The notes beneath the pieces are model-generated. The model made no database searches. It worked only from the letters and a program-made list of their open reading frames with translations, and was not told where the DNA came from. From NCBI GenBank assembly GCA_000092065.1, contig CP000595.1: 64,000 bases of DNA. The stretch is one strand, 5' to 3'. Source of the DNA: Ostreococcus lucimarinus. Its lineage: Eukaryota. The position numbers and the translations under genes were made by a program. The stretch's first letter is position 1; each line of letters opens with the position of its first letter. Of the stretch, positions 27,509 through 38,118 are shown one piece after another.

Positions 27509-28387
27509 TCAATTATCGACGCCGACTCGCCCGTCGAATCCGTCGAGCGCCCCCCCCCACGAATCGACCGGCGGTAACTCCACCGCGAATCGATTGAACG
27601 GCACGCGCCCGGTGCCCGACGAGCGCACTCGACCGTCCATTCGCAACCCAACGTAAACCCCTTTATCGTCGCTCACCTTTGACATCTTCTTCTGTTCCGC
27701 GACCCACTCCAACCAATCGTTCGCGCGCAGCGGCGTGCATCGAAACTTGCGATCCTCGGCGCTCGGCGCCTCGATCGCGCCGTCTCCTCGAATCACCGGC
27801 ACCACGAGCACCCCGCGCTCGATCAACGCCTCCCTGACGTCCTCCGCGTCCTCCAGCGCGGTTCGCGCGTACGCCTCGTCCCCGCTCACCACGACTACCC
27901 TCGAAAACGACCGCAAATCCTCCAACCGCACCGTCTTCCCCCCCGCGAGCTCCACCCGCAATCGCCCCAACCTCTCCTCGCGCCCGATCCTCGCCATCTG
28001 TCGCTCGCGCGCCGCCTCCTCTCGCGCGTACAGCCACGCGAACGTCGCCAGCGCCGCGCCGTCGATCGCCAAATTCTCCAGCGATCCCTCCAGCGGCGGC
28101 GCGTTCGGCGCCCCCGCCGCCTTCGTCGCCGCCTGGATCGTCGCGATCCCGAATCCGATCGTCGCCGACGCCGCGCACGCGCCGTAGAGGAACTGTCGAG
28201 CCACGCGAAACGGCGCCTGCGCCTCGCTTCGCAGTTTCGTCTCGTTCGAGTACCGCGCGTCGTCGTCCTCGAGCGCGCGTCGCGGCGTCGTCGTCGCGCG
28301 TCGCGCCGGCCGTCGCGCCGCGCGTCGCGCCGTCGGTCGCGCCGCCGGTCGCGCGCTCGACCGCGCCGGCGCCGTCGCCATCGCCAT
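27509..28387 (-). CDS. Hypothetical protein with a transit-peptide-like N-terminus (Ala/Arg/Ser/Thr-rich)
   Basis: First plausible ATG ([19 protein letters not shown]...) is residue 300 of the 27509..29284 ORF. The upstream 299 codons are antisense to the starch synthase promoter and 5' CDS. The mature part ([13 protein letters not shown]...[11 protein letters not shown]...) has no recognisable family. Confidence 0.4.
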   Translation of the reverse strand: MAMATAPARSSARPAARPTARRAARRPARRATTTPRRALEDDDARYSNETKLRSEAQAPFRVARQFLYGACAASATIGFGIATIQAATKAAGAPNAPPLEGSLENLAIDGAALATFAWLYAREEAARERQMARIGREERLGRLRVELAGGKTVRLEDLRSFSRVVVVSGDEAYARTALEDAEDVREALIERGVLVVPVIRGDGAIEAPSAEDRKFRCTPLRANDWLEWVAEQKKMSKVSDDKGVYVGLRMDGRVRSSGTGRVPFNRFAVELPPVDSWGGALDGFDGRVGVDN

Positions 28388-28628
28388 CGCCGCGCGTCGT
28401 CGTCCCCCGTCGACGCAGTGCGCGGTCTTCGAGCATCGTACCCGGTCCGTGTTTTTAATCGACGAACCGCGAGACTCGGGTTCGAATCCCACGATCCGCG
28501 TCAGCGTCGCGGACGCGCGACACCGCCGCGACGACGCGACGCCGCGACGACGCGCGCGCGCGACGCGACGCGCGCGCCGACGACGACGACGACCGCGACG
28601 ACGACGACCGCGCGCGAATCTCGACGCG

Positions 28629-30590
28629 ATGGCGCGCGGCGCGGCGACGACGCGCGGCGTCGCATCCGACGCGGCGACGACGACGGGACGCGCGCGACGC
28701 GCGCGAATGGCGCGGCGCGGCGTCGCGCGCGCGACGCGAGGACGCGCGGCGATGACGACGACGGAGGACGAGGACGCGCGCGCGGCGCGGTTGGAGGCGC
28801 TCAGGGCGAAGTCGGTGGAGCTGCTGGAGAAGCGGCGCGCGCTGACGGAGAGGTTGGAACGGCGACGCGCGGCGCGGGAAGAGAAGAGCGCGTACGGGGG
28901 GGGGGGGAAGCCGGCGTTCGAGGACGCGTCGGCGTTCGTGGAGCGCGCGGGAAGCGGGGGGGGTGGGACGGCGTCGGAGGCGGCGGTCGCGGAGGCGGCG
29001 GTCGCGGAGGCGGCGGTCGCGGAGGCGGCGGCGGTCGCGGCGGCGGCGGCGGAAGCGGAGGCGGAACGTGAAGCGCCGGCGGCGCCGAAATGTCGAGAGC
29101 GGCTGAACATCATCATGGTCGCGAGCGAGTGCGCGCCGTTTAGTAAGACTGGCGGTCTTGGTGACGTCATGCAGTCGCTTCCGAAGGCGCTCGCCGGGCG
29201 AGGCCATCGCGTGATGGTCGTCGCGCCGAGGTATAAAGAGTACGAAGAAGTGTACGACACCGACGTTCGGTTGACGTTAAACATTCTCGGGAGTCAAGTG
29301 GAGGTTGGGTACTTTCACTCGTACCGCGATGGGGTGGATTTTGTGTTCGTCGATCACGGCGCCTATCACTTTGTGCGCGACAACATTTACGCGGGCGAAC
29401 GCTCGGACGCGATGTTTCGCAACGCGATGCTGTGTCAAGCCGCTTTAGAGGCGGTGTGGCACGTGCCGTGCGGAGGTGTGCCGTATGGAGATGAAAATTT
29501 AATATTCGTCGCCAACGATTGGCACGCGGCGTTGCTTCCGGTGTACTTGCAGGCGTACTATCGCGATCACGGCAAGTTTGAGTTCGCGCGCTCGTGCTTC
29601 GTTATTCACAACATGGCGCACCAGGGTCGCGGACCTTTAGTCGAATTCAACAACTTGCAGCTTCCAGATCATTACAAGCACCACTTCTTGCTCGACGATC
29701 CGATGGGCGGTGAATGCATGAACATCATGCAAGCCGGATTGCGTCTCGCCACCAAAGTCATCGCCGTGAGCGAAGGGTACGCGTGGGAGATCACGACGGA
29801 CATGGGCGGCTGGGGGCTCGCGCCGACGATTCGCGAATTCGGCGAGCACAAGCTCAGTGGCATCGTCAACGGCATCGACTTGAACGAGTGGTCGCCCGAC
29901 ATTGATCATCATTTGGACGGCGACGGATACGCGAGATACGAGCCGCGCGCCGGCGCGTTTGAGGACGGCAAGCGCGCGTGCAAACTCGCGCTTCAGCGCC
30001 AACTCGGGTTGGCCGAACGCGAAGACGTGCCTATTTTAGCATTCATCGGGCGTCTCGATGACCAGAAAGGCGTAGACTTGATCGCCGAAGCTGAAGGATG
30101 GTTGATGAGCCAAGACGTGCAACTCATCATGTTGGGCAGCGGGCGGGGCGATTTGGAAGACGCTCTGCGGGGGATGGAGAGCCGACATCACGACAAATGT
30201 CGCGCCTGGGTTGGGTTTTCGGTGCAAATGGCGCATCGAATCACCGCCGGGGCGGACATTCTGTTGATGCCCTCCCGATTCGAGCCGTGCGGATTGAACC
30301 AACTGTACGCGATGCGGTACGGCACCGTGCCCGTCGTCCACGCCGTCGGCGGCTTACGAGACACGGTGAAGCAATACGACCCGTTCAATGACACCGGTAA
30401 CGGTTGGACTTTTGATAGCGCGGAAACGAACAAGCTCATCGACGCCATGGGCCACGCGATTACAACCTATCGCGATCACCGGGACGCGTTTCGCCGTATT
30501 CAAGCGCGCGGTTTCGAGCGCGATTTGGGTTGGGATCGCGCCGCCGAGCTCTACGAAGACCGTTTCATCGACGCCAAGTACTCGTGGTGA
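28629..30590 (+). CDS. Starch synthase (GT5 N-terminal plus GT1 C-terminal domains; GBSS/soluble SS family)
   Basis: KTGGLGDV motif ([17 protein letters not shown]) and STGGL-like C-terminal motifs. The N-terminus has a transit-peptide-like stretch and a coiled-coil region. The track start at 28449 is a GTG; the first ATG is residue 61 (28629). Confidence 0.9.
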   Translation: MARGAATTRGVASDAATTTGRARRARMARRGVARATRGRAAMTTTEDEDARAARLEALRAKSVELLEKRRALTERLERRRAAREEKSAYGGGGKPAFEDASAFVERAGSGGGGTASEAAVAEAAVAEAAVAEAAAVAAAAAEAEAEREAPAAPKCRERLNIIMVASECAPFSKTGGLGDVMQSLPKALAGRGHRVMVVAPRYKEYEEVYDTDVRLTLNILGSQVEVGYFHSYRDGVDFVFVDHGAYHFVRDNIYAGERSDAMFRNAMLCQAALEAVWHVPCGGVPYGDENLIFVANDWHAALLPVYLQAYYRDHGKFEFARSCFVIHNMAHQGRGPLVEFNNLQLPDHYKHHFLLDDPMGGECMNIMQAGLRLATKVIAVSEGYAWEITTDMGGWGLAPTIREFGEHKLSGIVNGIDLNEWSPDIDHHLDGDGYARYEPRAGAFEDGKRACKLALQRQLGLAEREDVPILAFIGRLDDQKGVDLIAEAEGWLMSQDVQLIMLGSGRGDLEDALRGMESRHHDKCRAWVGFSVQMAHRITAGADILLMPSRFEPCGLNQLYAMRYGTVPVVHAVGGLRDTVKQYDPFNDTGNGWTFDSAETNKLIDAMGHAITTYRDHRDAFRRIQARGFERDLGWDRAAELYEDRFIDAKYSW

Positions 30591-30772
30591 TCACGTCGTC
30601 TCGTTTTACCCTTGTAACGCACGCGACAGCGTTTCTAGCCACGCGTCTCGTTCCGTCGCCCGACGTTCGCGTCTCGCTCGCCTCCGCGCGGCGTCAACCC
30701 TCCGCGCGGCGCGTGCCACTCCCCGCACACGCCCGCGCGTCCGTCGTCGCACCGCGCGCGCGGTTCGGCGAC

Positions 30773-33700
30773 ATGGAAGACCTTCGCGCCGCACTCGCTG
30801 GGTCAGTGAGCGCCGATGAGGGCACGCGCGTCGCCGCCGACGCGTTTTTAAAATCCGCCGCCGCCCGCAGCGGCGCCGCGCTCGGCCTTCTCGGCCTCGC
30901 GAGCGACGCCGCGACGGAGATGGGCACGCGGCAGAGCGCGAGCATTTACTTCAAGCATCTCGTCAATAAGTCGTGGACGCAGCGCGAAGGCGCGACGGCG
31001 ACGACGGAGACGAATCCGATCTTGGACGAGGGCGACAAAGCGGCGGTTCGACGCGTCGCGCTGGAGGCGATCGCGAACACGCCGAGCAAGGTGCGAAGTC
31101 AGCTCGTGGAGGCGGTGCGAGTGATCGTTCATCATGATTTCCCCGGGCGTTGGCCGGAGGTGGCGAATCAGGTGCTGGATGGGTTGAACGCCGCGTCGTC
31201 GAGCGAGAGCGGAAAGCTGTGCGGGACGGTGTTGGTGTTGCACGCGCTGTGTCGAAAGTATGAGTTCAAGGCGGTGGATGAGCGAGCAGACATCGAAGAG
31301 ATGATACGCGTGGTGTTTCCAAAGTTGCTGGAGATTTTGAAGGCGTTGCTTGCGTATCAAGGCCCGCCGGACACGGAATTGGAGGAGTTGAAGAAGGCGA
31401 TTTGCAAGACGTACTTGAGCGCAACGTATCTTAACGTCGGACCGTCTTTGCGCGAGGAAGGGACGTTTCGGGAATGGATGGCGGCGTTTCACGCGATCAT
31501 CACCGCGCCAGTGCCGACAGAGAATATGCCGACGGACGATAAGACTGAGTTGAAACATTGGCCGTGGTGGAAGACGAAGAAGTGGGCGATGCACGTCGTC
31601 AATCGGATGTTCAATAGATACGGCAACTTGAAAAAGTGCCAACCTCACGACAAGGCTCAAGCGACGGTGTATCGTGACAAATACGCTGGACACTTTGTGA
31701 CAGTATACATCCAATTACTGAGCTCCCTCGCCACGGGTGCGGTGATGCCCGACCGAGTCGTCAATCTCGCCGTGCACCATCTCTCCACGGCGTTGGGGGT
31801 TCCGACGATGTACAAGCACATGGAGCCGCACCTCGATGCAATCTTCCAGCAAATCGTATTTCCAATGCTATGTTTCAGCGCTGAGGACGACGAGCTGTGG
31901 AAGGATGATCCCCAAGAGTACGTTCGAAAATCACAAGATCTCATAGAAGACATGTATTCGCCACGAACCGCGGCGTGCAGTTACACACAAGAATTGGTGA
32001 TTACCGGCAGGCGTCTGAAGGAAAACTTGCCAAAGGTGTTAGGCGCGATGGTTCAAATATTCACCAAAAACTCTTCCAGCGTCAGATCCGGGCCGATGGA
32101 CGCTAGAGCGCGATACGAACTCGATGGCGCGCTGCTCGTCATCACCACCCTGTCGCAACTTTTATCCACGCACCCGGATTACGCAAAGGAAATCGAAGGT
32201 ATGCTCATGACGCATGTTGTTCCGGCATTTGGTTGTGTACATGGTCATATTCGCGCCAAGGCGGTATCGTGCGTATCAAAGTATTCGGATATCACGTTCC
32301 GAGACCAGAATAACTTTATGCAGCTGTTTTCGAGCGTCGTAAATGCGATGAAGGATCCCGAAATTCCGGTGAGGTTCGAGGCAGTCGTTGGGCTCGGAGC
32401 TTTTGTGCAAGCCACAGACGACGTGAGCGCGCTGAAGGGTATTCTACCACAGTTGTTAGACGAGTTTTTCAAGCTCATGAACGAAGTGGAGTCGGAAGAT
32501 GTTGTGTACACGCTTGAAACAATCACCGAAAAGTTTGGCGAAGACATCGCGCCCTTCGCTTTGGGCATGACGCAGAACCTCGCCGCAGCGTTCTGGAAGG
32601 TTGTGCAAGAAGCTGAAGGAAAGGATGACGATGAGTACGGCATGATGGCATGCATGGGATGTCTGCGCGCCATGTCGACGATTCTCGAATCCGTTTCTAG
32701 TTTACCGCACATGTACCCCGAACTTGAAGCCGCCGTGTTCCCAATTTTGCATAAAATGATTAGCGAAGAAGGATACGACGTGTTTGAGGAAGTTTTGGAG
32801 ATATTGTCCTACCTAACGTATTTCACTCCGGTCGTGACACCACGCATGTGGGAACTCTGGCCGCTGATGATGCGCATGATGGATGACTGGGCGCTGCAAT
32901 ATTTCGAGAATATGCTCATTCCGCTCGACAACTACATCAGTCGAGGCACGGAGCACTTTCTCACCCCTGGCTCGAGTTACGTGGAAGATACGTATAAGCT
33001 GTGCGAAAAGGTATTAGGAGGCGATTATCCCGAGCCCGATTGCTTGCCAGCGCCAAAGTTGATGGAGTGCGTGATGACGAATTGCCGCGGCCGCGTCGAC
33101 GTCGTCATCGAACCGTACGTGAACATTGCACTTGCGTGTCTCGCGACTGCGGAGTTGCCACACTTTAGGGATTGGCTCATGATGACTTACGCGCATGCAC
33201 TTCATTATAACGCATCGCTTGCGCTGGCAGCGACGAACCGAACTGGCAAAACGAACGAAGTGTTCGCGTTGTGGTCGAACATGCTCGCCGAGCGCAGGAA
33301 GAGTGGAGAACGTAAAAACTTCACCTCTGAACACGCCAAGAAAGTTTGCGCGTTGGGACTCATGGCGCTTTTGCAAGCGCCGGCAGAGTCGTTAACACCT
33401 GAGATTCGAGGTGCGCTCGGAGGTATTCTTGACACGCTCATCTCTTTACTCGAAGATTTGCGATTGCAAATCACGGAGCGCAAGTCGGATGAAGCGAGCG
33501 GCAAGAGTAGGCATCAATGGAATGGCCTTGGCCTCTTCGACGGCGAAGACGAATACGAGGAACACAACTTTGACGAAGAGGACGATGATGGAGAAATGCA
33601 CTTTGACGCGACGACGCTCCGCGCGTTGGCGAAGCAAGCGCAAGACGCTGATCCGTACTCTCGCGCCGGCGACGTCGACTCAGAAGACGACGAGCATTTC

Positions 33701-33931
33701 TTCTTCGACGACGATGACGATTCGTGCCAAAGCCCGCTAGACGACATTGACACGTTCATCGTATTTTCGGAGTGCATGAATCAGTTGCATCGCACCGGTA
33801 GTCTCAATCCGAGCGCTGAATCTCATTCAAAATTGCAGGAGTTGATCAATCACGCCGCGATTCGTGCCGAAGAGTTCCCTCGAGAGCGCGCGGAGGCGAA
33901 GAAGGAATCACACGGCGTGTCTGGTAGTTGA
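30773..33931 (+). CDS. Importin-beta family karyopherin (importin-7/8 / Sxm1/Nmd5-like)
   Basis: N-terminal importin-N-like region (AADAFLKSAAARSGAALGLLGLASD...SIYFKHLVNKSW). About 1050 aa of HEAT repeats and an acidic C-terminal tail (DEEDDDGEMHFD, DSEDDEHFFFDDDDD) as in IPO7. The ATG is residue 82 of the track ORF. Confidence 0.8.
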   Translation: MEDLRAALAGSVSADEGTRVAADAFLKSAAARSGAALGLLGLASDAATEMGTRQSASIYFKHLVNKSWTQREGATATTETNPILDEGDKAAVRRVALEAIANTPSKVRSQLVEAVRVIVHHDFPGRWPEVANQVLDGLNAASSSESGKLCGTVLVLHALCRKYEFKAVDERADIEEMIRVVFPKLLEILKALLAYQGPPDTELEELKKAICKTYLSATYLNVGPSLREEGTFREWMAAFHAIITAPVPTENMPTDDKTELKHWPWWKTKKWAMHVVNRMFNRYGNLKKCQPHDKAQATVYRDKYAGHFVTVYIQLLSSLATGAVMPDRVVNLAVHHLSTALGVPTMYKHMEPHLDAIFQQIVFPMLCFSAEDDELWKDDPQEYVRKSQDLIEDMYSPRTAACSYTQELVITGRRLKENLPKVLGAMVQIFTKNSSSVRSGPMDARARYELDGALLVITTLSQLLSTHPDYAKEIEGMLMTHVVPAFGCVHGHIRAKAVSCVSKYSDITFRDQNNFMQLFSSVVNAMKDPEIPVRFEAVVGLGAFVQATDDVSALKGILPQLLDEFFKLMNEVESEDVVYTLETITEKFGEDIAPFALGMTQNLAAAFWKVVQEAEGKDDDEYGMMACMGCLRAMSTILESVSSLPHMYPELEAAVFPILHKMISEEGYDVFEEVLEILSYLTYFTPVVTPRMWELWPLMMRMMDDWALQYFENMLIPLDNYISRGTEHFLTPGSSYVEDTYKLCEKVLGGDYPEPDCLPAPKLMECVMTNCRGRVDVVIEPYVNIALACLATAELPHFRDWLMMTYAHALHYNASLALAATNRTGKTNEVFALWSNMLAERRKSGERKNFTSEHAKKVCALGLMALLQAPAESLTPEIRGALGGILDTLISLLEDLRLQITERKSDEASGKSRHQWNGLGLFDGEDEYEEHNFDEEDDDGEMHFDATTLRALAKQAQDADPYSRAGDVDSEDDEHFFFDDDDDSCQSPLDDIDTFIVFSECMNQLHRTGSLNPSAESHSKLQELINHAAIRAEEFPRERAEAKKESHGVSGS

Positions 33932-34023
33932 ACGAGTACCAGCATACCGGCGGTACGTTAGACTGATAATTATGTGAATATACTTAGTACAACAAGTAGC
34001 TAGATCGTACGTTTTTTACCTCG

Positions 34024-35853
34024 TTATTCGTCGAGATTTATTTCGTTGAGAATGCGAGACATCTCGTCGGGGATGTTCGCGTGCTTAAAAGACATTTCAA
34101 AGTTTTCGACGTCATCTCTATCGACGCGCTGTAACCCAGCCAATCCGAGCGTCGTATCAACGCTCTTGAGTCTATAAAAGAACAGCAGCATCCAGTCGTC
34201 GGGGACGTACACATTGACCAGTCGCCCCGATACCACTTCTCGCATCGGTTCCCAGACTTTATTCGACGTAGACATCGGCGCCGAAATGAACACGACGCGC
34301 TCGACAATTTTCTTTCCCTTTTCACCAGCGGCGTGGAGCTTCATCAGCGCGCTCTGAACCACAAACGCGCCAGAGCTGTACGTCACGAACGTCACGGGTC
34401 GTCGACCGTGCTGCTGGGTGAGCAAAGCGTTGGCGATTTCCTCCCCGGCGATTTCCGCCTTTGCTCGCGCAATCGTCCACGGATTGTCTAGGTAGCACGC
34501 GCAGCTGAGGAGCGTCACCGGCCAAGACACCGCGGTCGTGATCGACGCGAGCGCGGTTCGAGCTAAAACTTTCGGCGCGGCGACCGTGATGGCGTACTTA
34601 CCACCCACGAACTGCATCGCGGTGCCGAGTTCGGTGAGCGTGGACGGCTCCCAGTTCAGCACGTATTGTTCGCCGGTGTGATTTCCCCACTCAGGTTTTG
34701 CCGCCGGCGCTTCGGCGTCCTTCTCGTCGATCGTCTTCTCCAGCACGACCTCCCTCATCTTTTCCACCAGCGAGTCCATTTTTTTATCCAACGCCTCGTC
34801 CTTGGTGAGTTGCAGTCGTAGCTCCAACGGCCGCGGCATGGCTTCCAGTTCCTCAATCTTCGGCGTCTTGCCCTTCTTGCTCAAGATTTTACTCGAACGC
34901 GAACGCGCCAACTCTTGCGGATCGATCGAGCGGTAAGAAACCAAGATACTCCCAGAGATCACCCCAGCCAGAGACGCCGCGCCCTTGACGGTCTGCTTCA
35001 ACGCGTCGGTGGTTTGCACGATCAAATAGCCGTCGTCGTCGCGCTCGAGCGTCATCCCGAGTTCGCCCGGATCATCGATCACGACGACGTATTGATTCTT
35101 TTCCGCTCCCCACGCGCGGAGTAAATCGCGCTCATCGCGCAAAAATCCAGGAACGAACACGTGCAGCGCGAATCGTCGCCCGACGCCGCGCAGAGGAATG
35201 AACTGAAACTGTTCCATCTCCGTCGACGTTCGACGCAACATCGCGTACCCAGTCAGCCCCGCGCCCGTGGCGCCGAACACGGCGCCGACGCCGCCCAGCG
35301 TCGCCAACACCCCCGTCGTCGCCGCGCCTATCACGCCCAGCCCGCTCAACGACGCCAGCACCGCCGGCGCCGCGACCCCCCCCGTGACGAACAACGCCGC
35401 CCCCCCGATCGCCGCCGCTCCACCGATTTTCACCGCCCGCGTCCACGACCACTCCCCCTCCGCTCGTTCTTCGCTCTCCGATTCGCTCCCATCGTCCAAC
35501 GCCGCCGCGCGTCGCATTCGCTCCGCCGCGCCGTCCTCCGCCTCCGCGAACGTCCTCCACGACTCGCCCGCGCGCGTCGCCCGCGTTCTCAATCCCGCTC
35601 TCGCGTCCGCGTCGTACGTCCCGCTCGCGATCAGCGCCTCCGCCGCGAATTCCACGCTCATGCGCTCCATGCTCTCCTCCTCGTCGCCGGATTCGTCGTA
35701 CGTCGCCATGCGTCCCGCGCGTCGCGTCTCCGCCGCCGCCTCGAGCGCGCGTCGAACGCGCGCCCCCGTCTCTCGTCGCCGTTCGCGCGTCCAGTGCGCG
35801 CGTCCCACGTCCGCGTCGAAGTCCACGACGGACCAATCGATCGTCGTCGGCAT
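34024..35853 (-). CDS. DUF726 (TMCO4-like) alpha/beta-hydrolase-fold membrane protein
   Basis: Gly-rich TM region AAIGGAALFVTGGVAAPAVLASLSGLGVIGAATTGVLATLGG typical of DUF726. The downstream hydrolase-like core ends ...NEINLDE. Start placed at the internal ATG (MPTTIDWSV, residue 58). The 36024 ATG is an alternative. Confidence 0.6.
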   Translation of the reverse strand: MPTTIDWSVVDFDADVGRAHWTRERRRETGARVRRALEAAAETRRAGRMATYDESGDEEESMERMSVEFAAEALIASGTYDADARAGLRTRATRAGESWRTFAEAEDGAAERMRRAAALDDGSESESEERAEGEWSWTRAVKIGGAAAIGGAALFVTGGVAAPAVLASLSGLGVIGAATTGVLATLGGVGAVFGATGAGLTGYAMLRRTSTEMEQFQFIPLRGVGRRFALHVFVPGFLRDERDLLRAWGAEKNQYVVVIDDPGELGMTLERDDDGYLIVQTTDALKQTVKGAASLAGVISGSILVSYRSIDPQELARSRSSKILSKKGKTPKIEELEAMPRPLELRLQLTKDEALDKKMDSLVEKMREVVLEKTIDEKDAEAPAAKPEWGNHTGEQYVLNWEPSTLTELGTAMQFVGGKYAITVAAPKVLARTALASITTAVSWPVTLLSCACYLDNPWTIARAKAEIAGEEIANALLTQQHGRRPVTFVTYSSGAFVVQSALMKLHAAGEKGKKIVERVVFISAPMSTSNKVWEPMREVVSGRLVNVYVPDDWMLLFFYRLKSVDTTLGLAGLQRVDRDDVENFEMSFKHANIPDEMSRILNEINLDE

Positions 35854-36022
35854 CGCGTCGCCGTCGCTCGAGACGCGCGTCGGATTCGGATCGGAATTCG
35901 CGTCGCGCGCGACGATCCGCACTCGCGAGCGCGACGCGCGCGCGCGTCCGAGCGCGCGCGATGGCGAACCCGTGCCCGACGCCGTACCCGGAGCGGTGCG
36001 CGCGCGTCCGAGCGCGGCGCGC

Positions 36023-37933
36023 ATGCGAGCGCGCGGCGCTCTGACGAACTCGACCGCGACCGTTGGAGCGCGACGATTCGAGCGCGATTCGAGCGCGGCG
36101 ACTGACCCGCGCGCGAACGCGCGACGCAGGTTTCACGCGGCGACGCGCGTGGGGAACTCGAGCGCGGCGCGGTCGTTTTTCAGCGACGAGACGCGATTGA
36201 TGCTCTTCGCGTTGGAGCGACGCGCGACGCGCGGCGCGTTGACGACGGTGCGCGAACAGACGGGCGCGTCCGACGCGGAGGCGCTGGCGGAGGACGCGCA
36301 CTTGGCGGAGGGCGACCCGCGGGCGCTGCGAGCGATGGCGCGGGCGTGGGAGGCGCTGGACGCGACGCCGGCGAACGAGGCGATGCGGCTGTACGTCAAG
36401 GTGCTGGACGAGGAAAAACCGAATTGGTGGGACGGCGCGGCGACGGAGGCGCGGCGAAGCAATCGTGGGATGCACGCGAAGGGCGGGATGGAGGCGCTGC
36501 CGGAGGCGATGCGCGTCGAGCGCGGGAGATGGGAGTTTTTGGAGTACGCGGGGACGAAGCCGACGGCGCGGTTTCAACACGCGGCGACCGTCGCGGGCGC
36601 GAAGATGTACGTCATCGGGGGATCGTTTCGCGGACGATTCATGAACGACACGCACGAGCTCGATTTGACGACGTCGACGTGGCGGCGGTTGAAGACGAAG
36701 CCGGGGACGAGCGCGTTACCGGCGTGCGCGGGGCATCGGGCGGTGACGTGTCGAGGCGTCGTCTTCGTCGTCGGCGGCCGGTTCAAGGGACCGGAGACGA
36801 GCGCCATGTCGGTGTACAGGATGGAAACGAAAGACGATGGATTAGACGAAGTGGAATGGGTCAAGATTGAAACCGGCGGAGACGAAGCGCCGTGCGCGCG
36901 TCGCGGCGCCTCGGTCACGATGGTCGGCGAACACAAGTGCATCGTCTTCGGCGGCGAAGACGACGAGCGACGATTTTTGAACGACGCGTGGATTTTAGAC
37001 ATGACTTCTTTCGTGTGGCGCGCGGTGAAGGCACCCGGTGGGCACCCTCCAGAGTCTCGCGCGGAGCACACTGCGACGATGTGGGGCCAAGACACGCTGC
37101 TCGTCTTCGGCGGTACGGGCAGATCGACGAAATGTTTTTCATCACTCTTTGCGCTCGACTTAGTGCAACACAAATGGATAGAGGTGAATCCTCGCGGCGC
37201 GGCGCGCGTCGAGCCTCGCGCGGGTCACGCGGCTGTCTTGATCAAAGACGGTCGGTTCTGGGTCCTCGTCGGCGGAGGCAACAACGAGCGCGGGCTCTCA
37301 GAGTGTTCGATTTTAGATTTGGAGGAGATGGAATGGGTCGATCGGAACGATGCATTTCTCGCACCGCCGATCGTGGGAGAAGGCATGACGTTGTGCGCGC
37401 TGAGCACGCGCGATGGTATGGAGGACGCCGTCGTCGCCTTTGGTGGATACAACGGAGCGTGCCAAAACGAGACGCAAATCTTGCGCGTGCCGGAAGATTT
37501 CCCCGAGCACGAAGCCCTGGCGAGCGATGAAAATCGCGCTCCACCGGTGAGCACGAGCGTTCTGCGCGATGACAAGTCGATCGAACGAGACGACGAACGA
37601 GACGACGAACACGCGTCCTCCCCGGCGTCGGCGCTTATCGATTTCGCTAGTCCGGACAAGCCGGCGGCGACCACCTTCGCTTTCGGCACCGACGCGAGCG
37701 TGCAGGCGTACAGAAAAGAAAACGTCGAGCTCCGTCGCGCGTTACATCGCATGCGGAACGACGCCCAAATCGTCGCCGACGCACACGCCGCCCTCCGCGT
37801 GCGATGCGAGGACCTCGAGCGCGGCTTGAGCGACGAGCGCCGCCGCAACGAAGACCTCGAGCGCAAAGTCGCCGCGCTCGCGGAGCAAATTCGCGGCGGT
37901 TTAGGTGCCAGCGGTTCATTCTTCTCTCCTTGA
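36023..37933 (+). CDS. Kelch-repeat acyl-CoA-binding-protein-like protein (class IV ACBP architecture) with a C-terminal coiled coil
   Basis: ACB-like tail EAMRLYVKVLDEEKPNWW (compare plant ACBP4/5 EAMRLFVKILEE.DPGWY). Five to six Kelch blades (ARFQHAATVAGAKMYVIGG, GHRAVTCRGVVFVVGG, RRGASVTMVGEHKCIVFGG, EHTATMWGQDTLLVFGG, GHAAVLIKDGRFWVLVGGG). C-terminal coiled coil (ENVELRRALHRMRNDAQ...LERKVAALAEQIRGG). The ATG is residue 253 of the 35267 ORF. Confidence 0.7.
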   Translation: MRARGALTNSTATVGARRFERDSSAATDPRANARRRFHAATRVGNSSAARSFFSDETRLMLFALERRATRGALTTVREQTGASDAEALAEDAHLAEGDPRALRAMARAWEALDATPANEAMRLYVKVLDEEKPNWWDGAATEARRSNRGMHAKGGMEALPEAMRVERGRWEFLEYAGTKPTARFQHAATVAGAKMYVIGGSFRGRFMNDTHELDLTTSTWRRLKTKPGTSALPACAGHRAVTCRGVVFVVGGRFKGPETSAMSVYRMETKDDGLDEVEWVKIETGGDEAPCARRGASVTMVGEHKCIVFGGEDDERRFLNDAWILDMTSFVWRAVKAPGGHPPESRAEHTATMWGQDTLLVFGGTGRSTKCFSSLFALDLVQHKWIEVNPRGAARVEPRAGHAAVLIKDGRFWVLVGGGNNERGLSECSILDLEEMEWVDRNDAFLAPPIVGEGMTLCALSTRDGMEDAVVAFGGYNGACQNETQILRVPEDFPEHEALASDENRAPPVSTSVLRDDKSIERDDERDDEHASSPASALIDFASPDKPAATTFAFGTDASVQAYRKENVELRRALHRMRNDAQIVADAHAALRVRCEDLERGLSDERRRNEDLERKVAALAEQIRGGLGASGSFFSP

Positions 37934-38118
37934 TTTCGTTTAGCGTTTAGTGTTTAGCATTTCACCGCACATGCATCGCGTTTCAGCCGCGCGCCGCGTC
38001 TCCTGGCCTCCCTCTCCTCGAAAGTGACGCGAAGAGTCGCGCGCGCCGCAGTGCGCGACGCGCGCGATCGCCGCGCCCGAGAGCGCCACGAACGCGAACG
38101 AACGCGAACGAACGCGTG

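Noticed and set aside
28421-28500. tRNA gene suggested by a perfect B-box GGTTCGAATCC
   Set aside because: The T-stem pairs only 3 bp. There is no consistent 7-bp acceptor stem. An internal T5 run would terminate Pol III. Kept only as a low-interest tRNA-like relic.
35267-36022. N-terminal 252 codons of the 35267..37933 ORF as part of the Kelch-ACBP protein
   Set aside because: This stretch is antisense to the well-supported DUF726 CDS and is pure Ala/Pro/Ser low complexity. The first ATG after the DUF726 gene (36023) was used instead.
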